A DNA stretch of 64,000 bases from assembly GCA_964019335.1 (NCBI GenBank), contig OZ025750.1:252492-316491 (forward strand). Reading direction: 5' to 3'. The position numbers and the translations under genes were made by a program. Below the pieces are notes generated by a model, which was not told the DNA's origin, searched no databases, and saw nothing but the letters and a program-made list of their open reading frames with translations. The stretch comes from Diplonema japonicum (taxonomy: Eukaryota > Protista > Euglenozoa: Diplonemea). Shown piece by piece: positions 59,101-64,000 of the stretch (its first letter is position 1; each line of letters starts with the position of its first letter).

Positions 59101-59593
59101 CCAGTATGTAAAGGGGCAGGATTTGCTTCTAGTTGGCGGCGCGACGGGATGCGTTCCGCTTCTGTCATTGGCAAGGGCAGCGTTGAAGGATGGGGGAAGG
59201 GTGTGGTTTATCGCATGCTGCGACACCTACGGTGACGTGGCCTTCAAGCCTGAGCTGGAAGAGTTCAGGGAGCTTGGGGGTGAGTTGAATGTCAAGTTCT
59301 TCTTAACGAAGGGAAGATCCGCACCCGAGGGAGTTGATCCCATTTTCGCCCCTATCCTCCTCAGTGATCACGTACAAGGCTTCTTCCCCCCTGTCTCGCA
59401 AGACAACCATGTTGTTATCTGTGGTTCTCCTATTTTTAACACCAACGTCCGTGCTGTTGTCCTAAGCAGTGGCTACACGTTCACAGTTATGGGATCCTTG
59501 TCAGGCAATGTGAACCCCTCTGATAATTTACCTCCCGTGTTGAAATCACCTGAGCAGAATTTCCTACCGCTGCCAGGGGCTTCTGCACCTTGA
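56135..59593 (+). CDS. Membrane adenylyl cyclase fused to a degenerate cyclase, cytochrome b5, globin and FAD/NAD(P)H oxidoreductase
   Basis: Two N-terminal TM helices. FVFTDIE, YEVKTIGDAFM, DYFGHTVNTAARIE. Cyt b5 YDVSAFMHTHPGG..HS. Globin W..LF..HP..LF..HG..LGRTH..AW. RPYS, LVGGATG and ICGSP. One uninterrupted ORF. Confidence 0.92.
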   Translation: MDVSALVAVVTFVSCCVSSGVVLGLSQGGVHVGISSSAVPLLSILCTAAAVLVVRKYLVGPLRSANKFLALLSRGASEAAFDDHAVFKHLEETRHLRDLLFSLQHSIRPEEEQILPETSNSSLREQIFTPVDVEIPKGKVTFVFTDIEASSVLWKQHPDDMKAAMRLHNTTIRIVYSRYQGYEVKTIGDAFMLTFDQANNAVRFACDAQLELLNCDWPENILTDNLCAPITRAGQLIYRGMRVRMGMHTGEVAMEIDPVSNRADYFGHTVNTAARIESAGAGGCIVCSSVVIQNINPSMLSCTIVPLGTIELKGVGQRTLHGIIPTSISERGARLSRKKVSSGSSLRENSMKSPSSNHLSVSKGKFYKMLFRDLYSDRLQSDGLIRSIVGRFLSSDELQPLNATVVQIRIGVNFKELHHLLSTVGTLGRRTFGVMLNTATTTVTLVWMCQAHAVQAVSFVASLYSELGLGSGSKLHVGMASGGVMFGITSPGEEKHIITCVGAPVDLSFALAEAAEMLEMTCLVPSTIAAGVPSLTRLLRPIDRWPFHGATQTYAEVNELHIPALANAEKWDILYGMYEDTTWCDASYRAAFDDVQNGDLTKMKEIGKKWPDDMVVRRILQNDGVCQTRAIYLPGQHVATSSSSSSDKENMEEAWKRATAASKSSRTEMVFMEGWAYDVSAFMHTHPGGMEILREHLGKDISDLFRGHGEGRVHDHSAYAADVLRTLRVFRTDNLATNESNMMIVRDTWQQLQSVGLKEIGVLLFKNLFEMHPEYLQLFPWGSTNGVYESQVLAEHGLQVMTAVNKAVTDLSNSHEVAHILHELGRTHIRYGISKHMFDVVGIAFDVTLRAALQERYTPQVRHAWGETIRHIMLMAKDGVADTHEESESAVAADEYRSLYYKRREARTHNTTLFVFHLNGVSSQYFAPGSHVSVRFNGKLSRPYSILNVRNDEIWLLIKLNHGRQSSKELNSLTTDSLVGIRGPLLAEHQYVKGQDLLLVGGATGCVPLLSLARAALKDGGRVWFIACCDTYGDVAFKPELEEFRELGGELNVKFFLTKGRSAPEGVDPIFAPILLSDHVQGFFPPVSQDNHVVICGSPIFNTNVRAVVLSSGYTFTVMGSLSGNVNPSDNLPPVLKSPEQNFLPLPGASAP

Positions 59594-60240
59594 GTTTCTT
59601 CGGCCAAATACACGCAAGAAGATAAAAAGAGGGATTTAAAAAGAAAGGGGGGAGGAGATACGGAATTATAACAACACGGCGCTGGGAAGCAAGGGGGCGA
59701 TTTCTTTCTTTTGCTTTTTCGATGGATCCCTTGCTCTTACGGCAACTTTTTTTTTTTAGACGCCTTTCTGAATCTTCCTATGTCACACCCCTTTTGCTTT
59801 TTCTGTTCTTCTTTTTTTTTGAGAAAAACTACAAACACGGCAAATGAAGATTTTCCGCCATTCAAGCCAACCTGAATTTCATTTTCCACCAAAGTTGATA
59901 CACTAATTTCGATTGGTAAGCCAATTTCATTTTTCCACTGTTCCCCGCAAACAGTCCAAAGCTTTCCTTTATGAAATCCTAATCTCGAATCTCCGCCAAA
60001 CGCGGAACCTTTTGCATTTCGTTTTTTTGACTCTTTGACGAAATATAGAGCACGCGGCAACAATAGGAAGGCTGGGTCCACCTCGAGGGGGTCTGCGGCT
60101 AGTGGGGATTGTTGCAAGAACGGGCATTGTGTCCTACTTTCTTGCAGTTTCCGCAGGATGTCTCCTTCGCCGGTTTCCTCTTAGGGTATAGATAGTGGAA
60201 AATCCAAATTCGCGTGTCGTGTTTGTAGTTTCTCTCTTTT

Positions 60241-60280
60241 AAGGAGCGTCTCATAAAGACATCCTTTAACTTATATTTAT
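60241..60280 (+). repeat. Dispersed repeat family D (3' fragment)
   Basis: gcgtctcataaagacatcctttaacttatat. Confidence 0.6.
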
Positions 60281-60314
60281 TTTTCTTTTTTTATACTTTT
60301 ATATACTGTAAGTG

Positions 60315-60430
60315 GAAAAAAGAATGTAAGACTTTGACAAAATGTTCGGGCAGGACCCCCCCCTCCCCCCCGGGGGGTCTGACAAGGTACTGGGCGGACA
60401 TTCTGTCGGGTTGTCTGACAAACTTTTTTC
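60315..60430. mobile_element. Palindromic MITE-like element (~115 bp)
   Basis: gaaaaaagaatgtaagac..gacaaaatgttcgggcag pairs with ctgggcggacattctgtc..gtctgacaaacttttttc. Centre is gaccccc/gggggtc. Confidence 0.6.
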
Positions 60431-61766
60431 ATTTTTTTTGCACTAAAATTTCTCTGTTTCTGGGTTCTCGTCTTTTTGCCTGCAGGGTCGCTCCTGTTTT
60501 GTTTACACCCCGAGAGCTTGGCACTTTCTTCCGCCACGTGTTAATCTGGGGGGTTAGGACCGACACAAGTAGGTGAGAGAACGGTAGACACAAGGAAGAG
60601 TAAAATATTCTGAAAGGTTTATGATTTATTTACATTAATTCCCCCTCACCGATCTAGAACCTATGGAGGATAACCGGGTTTCGTGTTCCCCCTTTGCTGT
60701 TTGGTCAGCATGGTGACTATTTTGCTCTCCCCACCCCCCCCTTTCTTCTTCTTCTTGTAACGTAACGCTGCCCTGGGTTTGCAAACGCAGGGATTAACTT
60801 TCCCTATGCATTATTCTCCTGTTTCTGCACCTTTGCCCCTGTGCTCCTTTACTCACATCAAAACATTATTATTCTTTCTTGAAAAGTACTTTTCGCACCT
60901 TCCTACGGGGGTGTTCGTGTAATACCGAAGGTATTTAAAATGAACTCTCTGAGAAAGCGCAACTTGAAACAAGGGCAATTTATTCTTTTCTTTTTTTTCT
61001 AGCCCCGGTTTCTTTTCGTGCGCAGAATATCTTTTTGGCTTCATGTTTATTCATTCATTTTTCTTCCTATGGCAGAAAGACTTGCTGTATAACACCAAAG
61101 AACATTATTACTCGTGGCAGAATTCGGTCAAGAAGGTTTCGCCAGAAAGAAAAGAACTTCAGCAAGCAATAGTTTTCGTCATTTCTTTTTCCTTCTTTTT
61201 TTTTTCTTCCCCCCCCGTTACTTTTTTCTAGACGTACAGTTTTTCGTTTTATATATACCTCTCTTTTTATTTGTGTCCGTGCTTTCACCTTCTCAACAAT
61301 CACACAGAAAGAAAAGCCGCAGGAAATAGAGATACAGTGGGAAGGGGTAGAAAGGACACGATAATGAAGAGAGAAATCTGATGAAGGGACGAGTGACGTG
61401 ACAAGAAGGCGATGTGTGCTGGTTTACTCGAATTTTGTTGCTGACTGGATCACCTATAGACCCTACTAGACCTGAAACCTTCTGGGAACTCAGACCTGCG
61501 CAACTTCTCTGACTTCTGCTCTGCACTGCACATCCCACAATGTAACACGGGCGTTCTTCGTCCAGGATTTCGAGATGCTGTAGAAGCTGGTGGTGACGAA
61601 CCCTATAGCAGCGAAGCGAAGGACCTGCACTACTTTTTGGCAGCATTGACCCTCCCCACCCGTTCTCGTTGTGGAAGAAGGGCAAATAGTACCTACATTC
61701 CTACTGTCTTTACCAAGGCAGCCCTGAATTTGATACAACAGAGATTGAAAGGAAAGTCGAAAAAAG

Positions 61767-63194
61767 ATGAGCATCACTGTATTCGTAAAGACGAAAGCAG
61801 GGGTTCACGATATGGAGGTGGCTGGGACAGAGACGGTGGGGAGCCTGTACAAGAAGGCAGAGTGTAGTGCTGGTTTACTCGAAGGCAGGTTCCAACTCGT
61901 TTGGGAGGAGAGTGTTCTGAGCAGGTTCGAGAATGGAGAGATTCAGGGGGTTGGGCTCGTGGAGGGGGCTGTGGTCCAAGTGGTTCCGGGTACAATCGTT
62001 GGGCTGACTGAGCTGAAAGGGTGTCCTGAAGTGAAACTGGAGCTTGAAAGGCTTGTGGCAGCAGACCCCGAGCTGGTTCTTGAGGTCGATGTGGGGGACT
62101 CGACAAACGCAGTCCTGTACATTGGGGCGCAGGACCTCCCTTCTGGACTTCAGTTCCTCGTTGTCACCGACTCCACTAACCGTGTCAGGGATATTGGAAA
62201 TAGTTTTCTTCGTGACAGCACTTTGAGGTCTGTCGATATCAAGCTGAGGCCCAACACCATCGGTTCCCACTTCCTTGCATATTCGGGTGATATGTCACAC
62301 ATAAGTTTTGCGGATGAGGGTTTCTTCGGCAGCGTCAGCTCTATTGGTGGTTTCTTCCTGAGTGGGTGCTTGGAGTTGCAGACCGTGAATTTAGGTGGCT
62401 TCACCAACGTCACTTCTATTGCAGATAACTTTCTGAATGGTCCCAATCAGATACAAGGCGTGGATCTGAGTTCCTTCACCAATGTCACTTCCATAGGCGA
62501 TATGTTCTTTTTTGGAAACACGCGGTTGCAGAGCTTAAGTCTGAGCGTCTTTACCAACGTCACCACCATCGGCCGTAACTTCCTGTATTGTTGCCCGGGG
62601 TTGCAAAACGTAGATCTGAGCAGTTTGGCCAACGTCACATCTGTTGGCGGTTGCTTCATGGGCTCGTGCACGGGAGTGCACCATTTGGATCTGAGCGTAT
62701 TCACCAAAGTGCCCTCAATTGGCTTTGGTTTCCTGGCTGGGTGCACGGGGTTGCAAAGCGTTGATTTGAGCGGTTTCACCAGCGTCACTTCCATTGGCAG
62801 TGAATTCCTGTCTGGGTGCTCCGGGTTGCAAAGACTTGATCTGAGCGTCTTAACCAACTTGACCAATATTGGCGATTACTTTCTGCGGGGGAACTCGGGG
62901 TTGCAGAATGTGGATATGAGTGGCTTCACCAACGTGACCATCATAGGACGTGCATGTATGTCTAAGTGTTCGGGGTTGCAAAGCTTGGATCTGAGCGGGT
63001 TCATCAACTTGACCGCTATTAGCGGTGAATTCCTGTCTGAGTGCTCGGGGTTGCAAAGCTTAGATCTGAGCGGCTTCACCAGCGTGAGAGCCGTTGCCGA
63101 TGACTTCCTGTCAGGGTTACCGGGGTTGCGAAACATCAAAGCCCCTTCGCTTCCTCAAGAGCACGCCCTGATGGTGTTGCTGCAGGGTCGTTAG
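61767..63194 (+). CDS. Ubiquitin-like domain plus BspA-type leucine-rich repeat protein
   Basis: UBL (MSITVFVKT..ETVGSL..GLVEGAVVQVV) followed by about ten 26-aa repeats of LQSxDLSxFTNVTxIGxxFLxGCxG. Confidence 0.88.
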   Translation: MSITVFVKTKAGVHDMEVAGTETVGSLYKKAECSAGLLEGRFQLVWEESVLSRFENGEIQGVGLVEGAVVQVVPGTIVGLTELKGCPEVKLELERLVAADPELVLEVDVGDSTNAVLYIGAQDLPSGLQFLVVTDSTNRVRDIGNSFLRDSTLRSVDIKLRPNTIGSHFLAYSGDMSHISFADEGFFGSVSSIGGFFLSGCLELQTVNLGGFTNVTSIADNFLNGPNQIQGVDLSSFTNVTSIGDMFFFGNTRLQSLSLSVFTNVTTIGRNFLYCCPGLQNVDLSSLANVTSVGGCFMGSCTGVHHLDLSVFTKVPSIGFGFLAGCTGLQSVDLSGFTSVTSIGSEFLSGCSGLQRLDLSVLTNLTNIGDYFLRGNSGLQNVDMSGFTNVTIIGRACMSKCSGLQSLDLSGFINLTAISGEFLSECSGLQSLDLSGFTSVRAVADDFLSGLPGLRNIKAPSLPQEHALMVLLQGR

Positions 63195-63585
63195 CCGTCT
63201 TCCTCCCCCACCACGCACCACACGGTCGCAGCGGTTTTCCCACCCCGTCACCAAAAAGCACTTCTGGTCGCCTGTGGCTGGCAAGGCAGAGGATGAGTCT
63301 GATTTAAAAAAAGAGAAAAGAAAAAGAAAAAGGACTCCTTCCAGCATTCTACTCTGGAAGAAGATCACTTTGTAGAGAGAGTCGCGAAACGAGTTCAGTT
63401 TCGAGAAATAGCAGTTTTCTGTGTCCTCCGGTTGCTATCTACGGGTTTAGACATATGAGGCGGGCGTAATATAAAAAGAAAGACCCGGGTCGCCCCGGCA
63501 GGTTAATTCCGGCTGTGCACAAACAACAATCAACCGACTCTTTTTCCTTGTAATACCTTTTGGTTTAAGAGTCTGCTCTTTTTTT

Positions 63586-63720
63586 TGTTACAAATATTTA
63601 TCTTTCAAAAAATGGTTTTATATCGACCTCTACGCAACTTGTACCGAGCAAAGGTTTTCGCTTTTTAAAAACCTCTTTTGCTCGTGCGAACAAAGACATT
63701 TAGTCATAAAGAATTATTTT
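63586..63720 (+). repeat. Dispersed repeat family C
   Basis: Homologous to 9931-10068. Confidence 0.8.
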
Positions 63721-63972
63721 GGGAGGGCCGACTTCTGACCCGCTATTCGGCACTATTCGATTTTCTCTGTTTTCGTTTGCAGCATTATTCCTGTTTCTTT
63801 TTTTTTAGCTGCTATTTTTGTTTGTGTCTTTTTCTCCATTAACCCATAAAGGACCGGAGCTGAATTTTCAAAAGATTGTCTTTGACAACTGCTTTCGCTT
63901 GTCCCATTGTTGATACGGATTTACAATGCGGATTTCCACTGCATGGATGCACCATCAGGAAAACCCGTGTGT

Positions 63973-64000
63973 CGGGTTTGCGGGTTTGCGGGTTTGCGGG
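63973..64000 (+). repeat. (CGGGTTTG)n tandem repeat running off the window end
   Basis: 3.5 perfect 8-bp units. Confidence 0.7.

Noticed and set aside
61293-61685. Minus-strand ORF with faint likeness (LQHLEILDEE..IVG) to the adjacent LRR gene
   Set aside because: The similarity is too short to support an inverted pseudogene by eye.
1-64000. tRNA, rRNA or spliced-leader RNA genes
   Set aside because: None recognised by eye. tRNAscan-SE or Infernal would be needed to exclude them.

Overview
Eukaryotic protist DNA, most consistent with a euglenozoan such as a diplonemid. This is inferred from long intronless CDSs all on the + strand, T/A-homopolymer-rich intergenic DNA with CAG acceptor-like sites just upstream of ATGs, and kinetoplastid-style EVKTIGDAFM adenylyl cyclases. 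About 18 genes are present. They include a cAMP-signalling cluster: three paralogous cyclase plus dead-cyclase genes (two complete and multi-TM, one cut by the window edge), a PstS-like receptor pseudo-cyclase, a probable receptor pseudogene and a membrane adenylyl cyclase fused to cytochrome b5, a 3/3 globin and an FAD/NAD(P)H reductase. There are also three mosaic tandem PAN/PT-repeat multi-TM surface proteins, three ubiquitin-like fusions (two ankyrin, one BspA-type LRR), a PAK/STE20 kinase, a kinase with two MSP domains, a PSI/EGF type I membrane protein, a SnoaL-like protein and two unknown proteins. Intergenic DNA is dense in mobile-element debris: a pogo-type DNA transposon with TA TSD, several MITE-like inverted repeats and at least five dispersed short repeat families. 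The most striking item is the cyclase-cytb5-globin-reductase fusion (56135-59593), a candidate self-reducing gas/redox-sensing adenylyl cyclase. All domain calls are by eye from motifs; no database searches were run.
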